Source of the DNA: Planctomycetales bacterium
Lineage (GTDB): Bacteria; 4484-113; JAFGCY01
Assembly: GCA_022646745.1 (NCBI GenBank)
Contig: CP060262.1
Location: 2,880,001-2,912,000, forward strand
DNA length: 32,000 nucleotides
Reading direction: 5' to 3'
How positions within the stretch are numbered: the stretch's first letter is position 1; each line of letters starts with the position of its first letter. The notes beneath the pieces are model-generated. The model had not been told where the DNA came from, made no database searches, and worked only from the letters and a program-made list of their open reading frames with translations. Below are positions 7,174 through 16,205 of this stretch, piece by piece. A program made the translations under genes and the position numbers.

Positions 7174-10100
7174 ATGAGATTGGATTCACTGACACGTGCA
7201 CTCTGTGCCGCGCTGATTATTTCGGTTGCGGCAGGCTGTGGTGGTGGCGGTGGTGTGAACGATTCCCTTGCCCCGGTTAATAACACTGCGGCTCCGGTAA
7301 TCGAGACAAACCACGTCAGCGTACAGCCCGTAGGAGAGCAGGAGCGAGAGGTCTCTGACTTCGAATTCTCCGTTCTTCCCGAGAGCTTCCTGACAGAAGA
7401 TGACAAGGCTGACCTGGCTATGGATGTCCAGGAAGGCAGCGCTACCGTGACCGTCAAGGTTCAGGCGCAGGATGCGAGCAAACTGCGCGCACTTTATTTC
7501 CAGGTGCTTTACGATGCCACCAAGTACACACCGATCGGTGTCGAGGTGGCTGACGAATTCGGTGCCCCGGCTGAGATGCTGACCGCCACCTTCCTGCAGA
7601 AGCGTGGCATCGTGCAGCATGGCCAGGTGTTGATTGATCCGCTGAACCAGTCCGGTTTCAGCGGCAGTGCCACCCTGGCTGAGCTGCGCTTCCTGAAGAA
7701 GCCCAGCGACCTGCTGCGTGGAACCCGTACCGCACCGACCACCGCCGGCAGTGCGGCCGTCCTGCTCACCGATGAGGAGAACAACCAGCTGACCTGGGGT
7801 TACGCCTCCGTCGGTGACTACGACCAGAACCTCGAGACCAACGTCGCCGACCTGACCCCGATCGCCACCCGCCTGCTCAAGAGCGGCCCGTTCAGCTACT
7901 TCAGCATTGACGACGTGGTTGACGGCGATGGCAACGACGAGATCAACATCTCCGACATCACCCCGATCGGCGTGAACTTCCGCAATCGCGTGATGGCCTA
8001 CAACGTCTACAAGACTCTCGACCAGAACGACTACCCGGTTGCCAACGGTGCCCCGAGCACGATCGAGAAGGTCGGCCAGGTCCTCTATGAGGAGGGCACG
8101 GGCAGCCGCTTCACCGAGCGCCTGCGCTTCAGCTTCGACGTCGGCACCACCGACCCTGATGCCTATTACTGGGTGCGCCCGACCGACCTGTTCCTTGAGG
8201 GCACCCCGTCCAACATCGCCGCATACGGCGCCGTCGGCATCCCGCTGCCGGCCGCTGACCTGCAGGCTGACGTGACCACCGGAGAGATCCCGCTGGTAGT
8301 CAACTTTGACGCTTCCGCCTCCACCGCCGAGCTGAGCACGATCACGGACTACGAATGGGACTTCGACGGCGACGGCACATTCAACGAGACTGACAACGGC
8401 GAGGACCTGGCACAGGGCAGCGACACCGCCCAGTTCACCTACAACTCAACCGGCAACTTCAACGCCAGCGTGCGCATCACCAACAGCTTCAACCTGAAGG
8501 GCAGCGCTAGCGTGATGATCACCCCGACCGAAACCCCGAACGTGGCCCCCTCGGCCTCCATCAGTGCCAGTGTCGGCGGTGGCGTGCTGCCGCTTGCCGT
8601 GGACTTCGACGCCAGTGCGTCATTCGACACCGACGGCAGCATCGTGCTGTATGAGTGGGACTTCGACGGCGACGGCACCTATGACACCAACACCGGTGCC
8701 AGCCCGAGCGCGGGCTTCGTCTACAACGACAGCGGCCTGTTTGACCCCGTTGTGCGAGTCACCGATGACGACGGAGCGAGCGACACCGCCAGCCTCAGTG
8801 AGTCAGGTGGCGGCACCCTGAGCATCAACCGCGCGCCGGTGGCTGACATCGCCGCTGATACCCTCAGTGGCAACCTGCCGCTGACGGTCAACTTCGACGC
8901 CAGCGGTTCATCCGACAGTGACGGCAGCATCGTCAAGTACGAGTGGGACTTCGAAGGTGATGGCACCTACGACTCTGATACCGGCAATGTCGCGGCTGCC
9001 AGCTTCACCTACACGACCGGCGGCACCTATGACCCGACCGTGCGTGTGACCGACGACAAGGGCGCCACCGATACCGCCAGCCTCAGCGAGACCGGCGGCG
9101 GCACCCTCAGTGTCAACGCCGCTCCGACCGCCGCGATCATCGGCAGCCCGCTGAGCGGCACCCTGCCGCTGATGGTCAACTTCGATGCCAGCGGTTCAGC
9201 TGACAGCGACGGCACGATCGTGCAGTACGAGTGGGACTTCGACGGTGACGGTACCTGGGATTCCGATACCGGCACCACCGCCACCACCAGCTTCGAGTAC
9301 ACCACCGCCGGTGACTTCGACCCGGCGGTCCGCGTGACCGACAACGACGGTGCTTCCGCCGTGGCCACCATCTCCGGCAACGGTGGCGGCACGATCACCG
9401 TCAACGCCCCGCCGGTGGCCGCCATCAGCGGTTCCCCGCTGTCCGGCAGCCTGCCGCTGACCGTCAACTTCGACGCCAGTGCCTCCACTGACAGTGACGG
9501 CACCATCACGAAGTACGAATGGGACTTCGATGGTGACGGCACCTGGGATTCCGATACCGGTACTGCGGCGACAACCAGTTTTGAATACACCACCTCCGGC
9601 AACTTCGATGCGAAGGTGCGCGTGACTGATGATGATGGTGCCACTGACATCGCCAGCCTGAGCGACACCGGTGCTTCGATCGACACCAATAACCCGCCGG
9701 TGGCCGACATCCAGGCCTCCCCGCTGTCCGGCACCCTGCCGTTGACTGTCAACTTCGATGCCAGCCTGTCCAGTGACAGTGACGGCACGATCGTCAAGTA
9801 CGAATGGGACTTCGATGGCGACGGTACCTGGGATTCAGATACCGGCACCACCGCCACCACGAGCTTTGAGTACACCACCGCCGGTTCGTTTGATCCGGTA
9901 GTGCGCGTGACTGACAATGACGGGGCCACTGATACCGAAAGCCTCTCCGAGAGTGGGGCTGGCAGTGGTATTGACGTGAACAATCCTCCCGTGGCGGACA
10001 TCACCGGCAGCCCGCTGAGTGGTCCGCTGCCCCTGACAGTCAACTTTGACGCCAGCCTGTCCAGCGACAGTGACGGCACCATCACCAAGTACGAATGGGA

Positions 10101-11604
10101 CTACGATGGCGACGGCATCTGGGATGAGGACACCGGCACGACCGCTACAACTTCGATCGAGTACACCACCGCTGGCACCTTCGATGCCAAGGTGCGTGTG
10201 ACGGACGATGACGGGGCGACTGACATCGCTTCCCTGTCCGACGGCGGCGGCACGGGCATCGAGGTGCAGGAAGCACCGACGGCTGCCATCATTGCCACCC
10301 CAAACACCGGTCCGGCTCCGCTGGCAGTCTCCTTTGACGCGTCCGGCAGTACCGATCCGGATGGAACGATCGTCCTCTATGAGTGGGACCTCGACTACAA
10401 CGGTAGCTATGAGACCAATACCGGCACATCGCCGACTGCCAATGGCAACTACGTGAACCCCGGCGTTCACACCATCTCCGTACGAGTGACGGACAACGAC
10501 GGCCTGACCGATACCGCCAGTGCTGACGTCACCGTCAACAGCGGCTGGAGCATCGGCACCACGATCCTCAACGTGACCCTTGACAGCAAGGTCTCCGTGG
10601 CGAGCTTCGACACCGGTACCGCTGCCCGCCTTGGCCTGGCCTACAAGGACACGAACGGCACAGACCTGAAGTTCATCCGCACCACCGACAACACCGGTTA
10701 CAACTGGGGCAGCCCGGTTGCGGTGCAGACTTCCGGCCAGGTCGGCAACGACTGCACCCTGGCGAACATCGACGGCTATCCCGGCATCACCTTCAAGCGT
10801 GCCCAGAGCAAGCTTGATTACATCCAGGCGACTGCCACTGACGGCAGCACCTGGTGGGCCAGCTCCATCGAGATTGACGGTGGAGGTGGTGCCGGCGCGT
10901 TCACCTCGCTTGCGATGGTGGACGGCAAGCCCGCCGCCTCCGGCATCAAGAGCGGCCAGGACAAGCTGCGCTTCGTGACTGCCACAAGCAGCGCCGGTAC
11001 CAGCTGGAATACCCCGATTGATGTTGATCCGTCCGTCGGCAGTGAGGAGATGGAATTCACGTCACTGAGCGTGATCTCCGGCAACCCCGGCATCCTGTTC
11101 AACTATGTCGGAACCAACTCCGGCCTGAAATACGTGCGTGCCACGGATGCCGCAGGTACCACGTTCGGCAGCTCCGTGACTGTTGACGCTCCCGTTGCCG
11201 GTGGCCGCTACCCGAGCCTTGCGACCGTCAGCTCCAACCCGGCAGCCAGCTACGAGGCCCATGCGATCAACGAGCTGCGCTACTGCCGCGCGACGGATGC
11301 GACCGGCGGCAGCTGGGGTACTCCGGTGACCGTTGACAGCGGCGTGGGTATGGGCCAGTGGACCACCCTGCTGGTGTTCGGTGGTGTCCCGGTGATCTCC
11401 TACTACGACGCCACCAATGGCGACCTGAAGTTCGCGGAAGCCACTGATGCCACAGGTACCAGCTGGACTACCATCATCGTTGATTCGACCGGCGATGTCG
11501 GCAAGTATGCCTCCATGGCACTGCTGGATGGCAAGCCGGTGATTGCCTATTACGACGAGACCAATGCTTCACTGAAGCTGGCGATCTACGTCCCCGCTCC
11601 GTAA
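7174..11604 (+). CDS. Giant surface lipoprotein: cohesin-like + dockerin-like + 8 PKD domains + 7-bladed Asp-box (BNR-like) beta-propeller
   Basis: SD AGAGGA lies 6 nt upstream. Signal peptide with lipobox VAAG|C (Cys codon 7237-7239) followed by a Gly run. Cohesin-like block around 7426-7729. Dockerin/EF-hand-like repeats (GDYDQNLETNVADLTPIATRL, DGDGNDEINISDITPIGVNF) around 7813-7980. Eight repeats of LPLTVNFDASxSxDSDGTIxxYEWDFDGDG...VRVTDxDG. Seven C-terminal repeats carry (A/T)TDxxGxxW. Confidence 0.85.
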   Translation: MRLDSLTRALCAALIISVAAGCGGGGGVNDSLAPVNNTAAPVIETNHVSVQPVGEQEREVSDFEFSVLPESFLTEDDKADLAMDVQEGSATVTVKVQAQDASKLRALYFQVLYDATKYTPIGVEVADEFGAPAEMLTATFLQKRGIVQHGQVLIDPLNQSGFSGSATLAELRFLKKPSDLLRGTRTAPTTAGSAAVLLTDEENNQLTWGYASVGDYDQNLETNVADLTPIATRLLKSGPFSYFSIDDVVDGDGNDEINISDITPIGVNFRNRVMAYNVYKTLDQNDYPVANGAPSTIEKVGQVLYEEGTGSRFTERLRFSFDVGTTDPDAYYWVRPTDLFLEGTPSNIAAYGAVGIPLPAADLQADVTTGEIPLVVNFDASASTAELSTITDYEWDFDGDGTFNETDNGEDLAQGSDTAQFTYNSTGNFNASVRITNSFNLKGSASVMITPTETPNVAPSASISASVGGGVLPLAVDFDASASFDTDGSIVLYEWDFDGDGTYDTNTGASPSAGFVYNDSGLFDPVVRVTDDDGASDTASLSESGGGTLSINRAPVADIAADTLSGNLPLTVNFDASGSSDSDGSIVKYEWDFEGDGTYDSDTGNVAAASFTYTTGGTYDPTVRVTDDKGATDTASLSETGGGTLSVNAAPTAAIIGSPLSGTLPLMVNFDASGSADSDGTIVQYEWDFDGDGTWDSDTGTTATTSFEYTTAGDFDPAVRVTDNDGASAVATISGNGGGTITVNAPPVAAISGSPLSGSLPLTVNFDASASTDSDGTITKYEWDFDGDGTWDSDTGTAATTSFEYTTSGNFDAKVRVTDDDGATDIASLSDTGASIDTNNPPVADIQASPLSGTLPLTVNFDASLSSDSDGTIVKYEWDFDGDGTWDSDTGTTATTSFEYTTAGSFDPVVRVTDNDGATDTESLSESGAGSGIDVNNPPVADITGSPLSGPLPLTVNFDASLSSDSDGTITKYEWDYDGDGIWDEDTGTTATTSIEYTTAGTFDAKVRVTDDDGATDIASLSDGGGTGIEVQEAPTAAIIATPNTGPAPLAVSFDASGSTDPDGTIVLYEWDLDYNGSYETNTGTSPTANGNYVNPGVHTISVRVTDNDGLTDTASADVTVNSGWSIGTTILNVTLDSKVSVASFDTGTAARLGLAYKDTNGTDLKFIRTTDNTGYNWGSPVAVQTSGQVGNDCTLANIDGYPGITFKRAQSKLDYIQATATDGSTWWASSIEIDGGGGAGAFTSLAMVDGKPAASGIKSGQDKLRFVTATSSAGTSWNTPIDVDPSVGSEEMEFTSLSVISGNPGILFNYVGTNSGLKYVRATDAAGTTFGSSVTVDAPVAGGRYPSLATVSSNPAASYEAHAINELRYCRATDATGGSWGTPVTVDSGVGMGQWTTLLVFGGVPVISYYDATNGDLKFAEATDATGTSWTTIIVDSTGDVGKYASMALLDGKPVIAYYDETNASLKLAIYVPAP
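8251..10546 (+). repeat. In-frame tandem array of 8 PKD-domain coding repeats, period 285-291 bp
   Basis: Repeat starts were read at about 8251, 8545, 8833, 9121, 9406, 9691, 9982 and 10273. Units 3-7 are highly similar at the protein level, with many synonymous differences at the DNA level. Confidence 0.85.
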
Positions 11605-11628
11605 GCTCTGATTTGAGTTGACGAGATT

Positions 11629-11657
11629 GGGCCGCCCTGCGGGGCGGCCCTTTTTTT
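11629..11657 (+). terminator. Rho-independent terminator of the giant lipoprotein gene
   Basis: GGGCCGCCC (11629-11637), loop TGCG, GGGCGGCCC (11642-11650), then T7 (11651-11657). It starts 25 nt after the stop codon. Confidence 0.85.
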
Positions 11658-11664
11658 AGCAGAC

Positions 11665-12942
11665 TCAGTCCGCGGTTGCGATAACCGGCAGCAGGAACAG
11701 GTCGCCACCGCGCCGGTGAGCCAGCATCCGACCATCCTCGCGGGGTATGAACTCTTCCAGCGTGCGCTTGCCGAAGCGGTACTCATCGAGCAGATCACCC
11801 TGCAGGCTGAATACGTAGATCGCGCCCTGGCTGGTGGCGTAGTCATCCTCGCAGAACACGTATGCCTGCTGTTTGCCTGCATCGTAATAGCCAACAAGGC
11901 GACTGTTGTCAGAAGGAAGGTCCCGGCCCGTTTTCTCCCTCACCAGCCCTGCGTTCCAGCGGTGGTCATGTATGAGCTCGAGATCCGGGGTCATTTCAAA
12001 CATCACGAGCGTCTGCATATGCGGATCATTGGCATGTGTGAACAGGTAATTGCCATCCCCGGTCAGTTCCGCCTCCACGTCATTGTCAAACATCAGGTCT
12101 ACAAGGATTCCGTCATAGCTGAGCTCCATGATGCCGCCCTTGCGGTCAAACTCATAGACCTTACCGCCGCTCCTGAGAAGGACCCGTCCGTCCGGCATCA
12201 CGCGCACCTTGTCCGGGTAGTGGCTGCTGTGGTCACGGTAGACAGGATTCTCTCCCGGGCCGGACCCGGGTCCGGGATAGTGGTAATTCCACAGTTCCTT
12301 TCCCTGTTCATCGTATTCCCGGTATGTGTACTCACATTTACCGGAAGCGACGGAGTTGTCAAGCCGGTGCCAGCCCATCACCAGCTGCATGCTCCCATCG
12401 TCAGAACGGTACGCATATCCCGTCCATGGCCCATCAGTCTCCAGCAGGTTCTGCCAGATCTCCCCACCAGTGTCGTCCAGCAGGATCACCCCTTCATTGC
12501 GGGTCACGAGGTGCGGGTGCCCGTTGGTGCCCACACTGGCATCATTCATCTCGCCGAACACCTTCTCGCGTCGCCACAGCGGATTGCCATCCCCGTCCAG
12601 CACCTCGAACATGCGGTCAATGCTCGTGATGTAGATTCGGCCATCATCGCCAACGGCAAATATGTCAACGTCGTCAGTGCCCATGATCTGGCTGTTCCAG
12701 ATCTCCTTGCCATCCTCGTCCAGCCTGAGGATGTGGCTGGGTTTGCCCTTGCCGTCCTTGCTGACGAGGTAACCGCCGTCCGGATGCAGCATCGGCTTGG
12801 CGAAGTCGTAGTCATCAAAGCCCAGCAGCAACTCAAGCCGGCTGTCCACCCCATCCATATGCTTGTTGCGCAGCTTGCTGCAGCCGGTGGCGATCAAGAG
12901 GGCAAGCGCGATGGCGAGTGCACGAAGCAGGCAATGTCCCAT
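11665..12942 (-). CDS. Lipoprotein with PQQ-like / beta-propeller repeats (function unknown)
   Basis: Lipobox LIATG|C. Recurrent D(E/G)xGxxxW strand motifs (DEDGKEIWNSQ, DGDGNPLWRRE, DDTGGEIWQNL, DEQGKELWNYH), as in PQQ-repeat propellers. Confidence 0.6.
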   Translation of the reverse strand: MGHCLLRALAIALALLIATGCSKLRNKHMDGVDSRLELLLGFDDYDFAKPMLHPDGGYLVSKDGKGKPSHILRLDEDGKEIWNSQIMGTDDVDIFAVGDDGRIYITSIDRMFEVLDGDGNPLWRREKVFGEMNDASVGTNGHPHLVTRNEGVILLDDTGGEIWQNLLETDGPWTGYAYRSDDGSMQLVMGWHRLDNSVASGKCEYTYREYDEQGKELWNYHYPGPGSGPGENPVYRDHSSHYPDKVRVMPDGRVLLRSGGKVYEFDRKGGIMELSYDGILVDLMFDNDVEAELTGDGNYLFTHANDPHMQTLVMFEMTPDLELIHDHRWNAGLVREKTGRDLPSDNSRLVGYYDAGKQQAYVFCEDDYATSQGAIYVFSLQGDLLDEYRFGKRTLEEFIPREDGRMLAHRRGGDLFLLPVIATAD

Positions 12943-12948
12943 TGCTCC

Positions 12949-12957
12949 ATCGTAGCA
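12949..12957 (-). promoter_or_regulatory. Extended -10-like TGcTACGAT, 6 nt upstream of the ATG at 12942
   Basis: The minus strand reads GGTGCTACGATGGAGCAATG. The GGAG is only 2 nt from the ATG, too close for a functional SD. Confidence 0.35.
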
Positions 12958-12989
12958 CCACAGCAGTCTGGACAGGAAGGGCAGGGGGC

Positions 12990-14162
12990 TTAACTGCCCT
13001 TTGCCACTCCCTTCACCACACCCTTCAGTGCACGCGCGATCACGAGGCGCTGGATCTCATTCGTGCCTTCGTAAATCTGTGTGATCTTCGCGTCGCGGAA
13101 GAAGCGTTCCACCGGGAAGTCGGTGGTGTAGCCGTAGCCGCCGAGGATCTGCACTGCCTTGTCGGTTACCCAGACTGCGGTGTCGCCGGCGTACAGCTTG
13201 GCCATGCTGCTTTCCTTGGTATGAACCAGTCCCTGGCTGCTCATCCAGGCGGCGCGGTAAACCAGCAGGCGCGCAGCCTCAATCCGCGTTGCCATATCAG
13301 CCAGGTAGTTGCCGATGGTCTGGTGCTCGATGATCGGCTTGCCGAAGGTCTCGCGCTCCTGGGCGTACTGCAGGGAGAATTCGAAGGCACCCTGCGCGAT
13401 GCCCAGTGCCTGGCTGGCGATGCCGATGCGGCTGACATCCAGCGCGTTGTAGGCCACCGTGGCGCCCTGGCCTTCCGGCCCGAGCACCATGTCACGGGGC
13501 ACGCGCACGTCCTTCAGCACGATCTCAGCTGTATCGCTGGCGCGGATGCCGAGCTTGTCCTCGGTCTTACTGACACTGAATCCTTCTGCGTCACGCGGCA
13601 CGATGAATGCCGTGATCCGCTGGCTGGAGCGCGGGGCATCCGGATGGCTGACCGCGAAGATGATGAAAACGCTGGCTACGCTGCCGTTGGTGACCCACAG
13701 CTTCGTGCCATTGAGCACCCAGTCGTCACCGTCAAGCCGCGCCTGGCAGGACATTGCCATTGCGTCACTGCCGCTGCCGGCCTCACTGAGGCTGTAGGCC
13801 GCGATCCATTCGCCGCTGGCCATCTTCGGCAGCACCTTGGCCTTCTGCTCTGGGGTGGCCCAGTTGTTGAGGGTCTTGCCAGTCAGGCCGGAGTGTACGG
13901 CCACCAGCACGCCGAAGCTGGCATCCACGCGGCTGAGCTCCTCGATCACGATCGCCTCGCTCACGCTGTCCAGCTCCGTGCCGCCATATTCCTCGGGCAC
14001 GGTCATCCCGGCGAATCCAAGCTCGCAGTACTTATCCCACTGGGGGCGAGCGAACTGCTTCTCCTTGTCACGCCTGAGCGCCTCCGGTGCCAGCTCGCTC
14101 TCGGCGAAGTCACGCACCGTCTCACGTACCATGCCCTGTTCTTCGGTGTAACCGAACTCCAT
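12990..14162 (-). CDS. Acyl-CoA dehydrogenase (short/medium-chain type)
   Basis: Full-length ACAD pattern: N-terminal helical domain, SEAGSGSDAMAM, DGDDWVLNGTKLWVTNG, and a C-terminal catalytic-Glu motif (ITQIYEGTNEIQRLVIA). A strong SD (GGGAGGAAAT) lies directly upstream. Confidence 0.9.
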   Translation of the reverse strand: MEFGYTEEQGMVRETVRDFAESELAPEALRRDKEKQFARPQWDKYCELGFAGMTVPEEYGGTELDSVSEAIVIEELSRVDASFGVLVAVHSGLTGKTLNNWATPEQKAKVLPKMASGEWIAAYSLSEAGSGSDAMAMSCQARLDGDDWVLNGTKLWVTNGSVASVFIIFAVSHPDAPRSSQRITAFIVPRDAEGFSVSKTEDKLGIRASDTAEIVLKDVRVPRDMVLGPEGQGATVAYNALDVSRIGIASQALGIAQGAFEFSLQYAQERETFGKPIIEHQTIGNYLADMATRIEAARLLVYRAAWMSSQGLVHTKESSMAKLYAGDTAVWVTDKAVQILGGYGYTTDFPVERFFRDAKITQIYEGTNEIQRLVIARALKGVVKGVAKGS

Positions 14163-14270
14163 GATTTCCTCCCTCGGTCGTCCGCCTTATTTTACAACGT
14201 AGGCAGCTCCAGTTGAGACCCGCAGCCAGCTTCAGCAAGCGCCACGCGCCTGAATTGATACACCCTGCCG

Positions 14271-14279
14271 TGATAGAAT
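14271..14279 (+). promoter_or_regulatory. Extended -10 TGaTAGAAT, 5 nt upstream of the RidA-family ATG (candidate leaderless promoter)
   Basis: TGATAGAAT at 14271-14279, spacer CGCTC, ATG at 14285. No SD is present. Confidence 0.4.
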
Positions 14280-14284
14280 CGCTC

Positions 14285-14752
14285 ATGGATTTTGACAAGA
14301 AACTGTCGGATTTGGGCATCGATCCGGGTTCGCCCGCCATGCCCGTGGCCAACTACCTGCCGTACCGCCTGCATGGCAACATTCTCTATCTTTCAGGCAT
14401 GATCCCGGTGGCGGATGGAAAGCCATTGTACACAGGCAGGGTGGGGGACGAGCTGAGCGTTGAGCAGGGCCAGGAATGCGCCCGGCAGTGCGTCATCAAC
14501 GGCCTCGGCTGGGTCCGCCAGGCGCTCGGCAGCCTGAGCCGTGTGGACAGTTTCATCCGCATCCGCGGCTTTGTGGCCTGTCCTCCAGGATTCGGACAGC
14601 AGCCCCAGGTGGTAAACGGAGCAAGCGATCTGCTCGTCGAGATATTCGGTGATGCCGGCAGGCATACCAGGGCGGCCGTCGGAAGTGTCTCACTTCCGTT
14701 GAACGTGCCCGTTGAAATCGACTTCACGATAGCGGTCAGATCCGATGCCTGA
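14285..14752 (+). CDS. RidA/YjgF/UK114-family protein
   Basis: GNILYLSGMIPV...GRVGDELSVEQGQECARQCVINGL...RAAVGSVSLPLNVPVEIDFTIAV matches the family fold pattern. The start is moved from the track's 14213 to the ATG at 14285 (MDFDKKL), giving a typical length of about 155 aa. Confidence 0.75.
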   Translation: MDFDKKLSDLGIDPGSPAMPVANYLPYRLHGNILYLSGMIPVADGKPLYTGRVGDELSVEQGQECARQCVINGLGWVRQALGSLSRVDSFIRIRGFVACPPGFGQQPQVVNGASDLLVEIFGDAGRHTRAAVGSVSLPLNVPVEIDFTIAVRSDA

Positions 14753-16199
14753 ACTGAGTATGAAAACCAAACTGCTGCTGCTGGCAGCACTTGCCGTGTT
14801 CCTGATTTCCTGCCCGGGAAGCAACACTCCGCGTGAAGGCTTCTCCGTGGCCTGGAACTACGACACCAGCGGCTACCTCGAGGTCTGCGGCTGCAGCGCG
14901 CACCAGCTCGGTGGCCTGCCGCGGCGCGCGAGCAAGCTTGAAGCGCTGGAGTCCGCCGGACCGGTGCTGAAGATCGAGGGTGCGCACTTCTTCGAGGAGG
15001 CCGGCACCTTCCAGATGATGAAGGGCAAGTCCATCATAGAGGCCCTCGACCGGATGGACTATGACGCGATCGTGATCGGCGTGCGTGAGGCCCAGCAGGG
15101 CGCGAGCGAGCTGGACAGCCTGCGCGAGCTGACGGACATACCCTTCATCAGTGCCAATGTAATGAGCGAAGGGAAGCTGTATGCATCGGAGCTGGAGACA
15201 TTCAGCATCGCCGGCAACCAGGTGGTTGTCACCGCTGTCAGCCAGCCGGAGTTCGCCAGCTTCGAGCTGCCTGAAGGAATGTCAGTCTCCGATCCTGATG
15301 CAGCGCTGGACGCAGCCCTGAAGAAGGTGGCTAAGGCCGACTGCCGCATCGTCTGCCTGGAGGGTGACAACCTCTGGGTTCAGTCAATGCTCAAGCAGTA
15401 CGCTGGTCGGGCCGACCTGTTCCTCACGGGCGACCGCGACGATGTGGCCGCCAGCCTGGAGTTCGGCAACACGCCGCCTGTGCTGAACAACTGGAAGCTC
15501 GGTCGCTACCTCGGCTTCATCAGCATGGACCCGCTTGAGCAGGGAGGCTACATTGCCAGTGGCATCAACCTGCCACTGGAGGAGGACATTGCTGATAACG
15601 AAGCCGTGCTGGCGATCCTCGAGGAGTTCAAGGGCGGGCTGAAGGATGTGTTCTCCGAGATCATGCCCTTTGACAAGGACGCGATCTACATGCCGCCGGA
15701 GTACTGCATGCCCTGCCACCAGGATGAGTACGACAGCTACATCAACAGCGGGCACAGCCGTGCGCGCATCACGCTCGAGAATGACAACCAGCTGTACAAC
15801 CTCGACTGCATCAAGTGCCACATCGTGTACGACCCGGGTGAGAATGAACTGCGGCCGATCAACTGCATCAGCTGCCACACGAACATCACCGACATGCACG
15901 TGTACGATGCGATGGACGATCCTGACAACGTGCCGCGTCCGGATCCGCCGGTCACCTCTTACTCATATGACTTCTGCGTGAAGTGCCACGATGAGTTCAA
16001 CAGCACGCCGTTCAGGCAGCACTGGCCACAGTACGTGAACCGGATCTTCCATGGTGGCGACATGAGCAATGCTGAGAAGGCGGCCGTGCTGCTGGGGATT
16101 GACATCACGGCGGAACCACCGGGGCACGAAATGCACACGGATGCAGAGGCTGCAGGCGCCGGGGAAGCTGATCAAGCTACCGGTTCAGACGCCCACTGA
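14745..16199 (+). CDS. Secreted/lipoprotein fusion: phosphoesterase-like N-terminal domain + tetraheme c-type cytochrome
   Basis: Signal peptide with LIS|C lipobox. Four CXXCH motifs were read directly: CMPCH 15705-15719, CIKCH 15807-15821, CISCH 15864-15878, CVKCH 15975-15989. The ATG at 14745 overlaps the RidA stop (ATGCCTGA); ATG 14760 is an alternative start. Confidence 0.75.
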   Translation: MPELSMKTKLLLLAALAVFLISCPGSNTPREGFSVAWNYDTSGYLEVCGCSAHQLGGLPRRASKLEALESAGPVLKIEGAHFFEEAGTFQMMKGKSIIEALDRMDYDAIVIGVREAQQGASELDSLRELTDIPFISANVMSEGKLYASELETFSIAGNQVVVTAVSQPEFASFELPEGMSVSDPDAALDAALKKVAKADCRIVCLEGDNLWVQSMLKQYAGRADLFLTGDRDDVAASLEFGNTPPVLNNWKLGRYLGFISMDPLEQGGYIASGINLPLEEDIADNEAVLAILEEFKGGLKDVFSEIMPFDKDAIYMPPEYCMPCHQDEYDSYINSGHSRARITLENDNQLYNLDCIKCHIVYDPGENELRPINCISCHTNITDMHVYDAMDDPDNVPRPDPPVTSYSYDFCVKCHDEFNSTPFRQHWPQYVNRIFHGGDMSNAEKAAVLLGIDITAEPPGHEMHTDAEAAGAGEADQATGSDAH

Positions 16200-16205
16200 G
16201 TCAGG

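Noticed and set aside
8251-10546. A regular tandem repeat that might be mistaken for a CRISPR or other non-coding array.
   Set aside because: The period is 285-291 bp with no short repeat/spacer alternation. The whole array is in frame within one ORF and encodes PKD domains.
11716-12993. A plus-strand ORF of exactly 425 aa, mirroring the 425-aa minus-strand lipoprotein gene (11665-12942).
   Set aside because: The equal length is striking. However, only the minus-strand product has a lipobox signal peptide, periodic DxxGxxxW repeats and a plausible promoter/start context. The plus-strand product is low-complexity antisense-type sequence.
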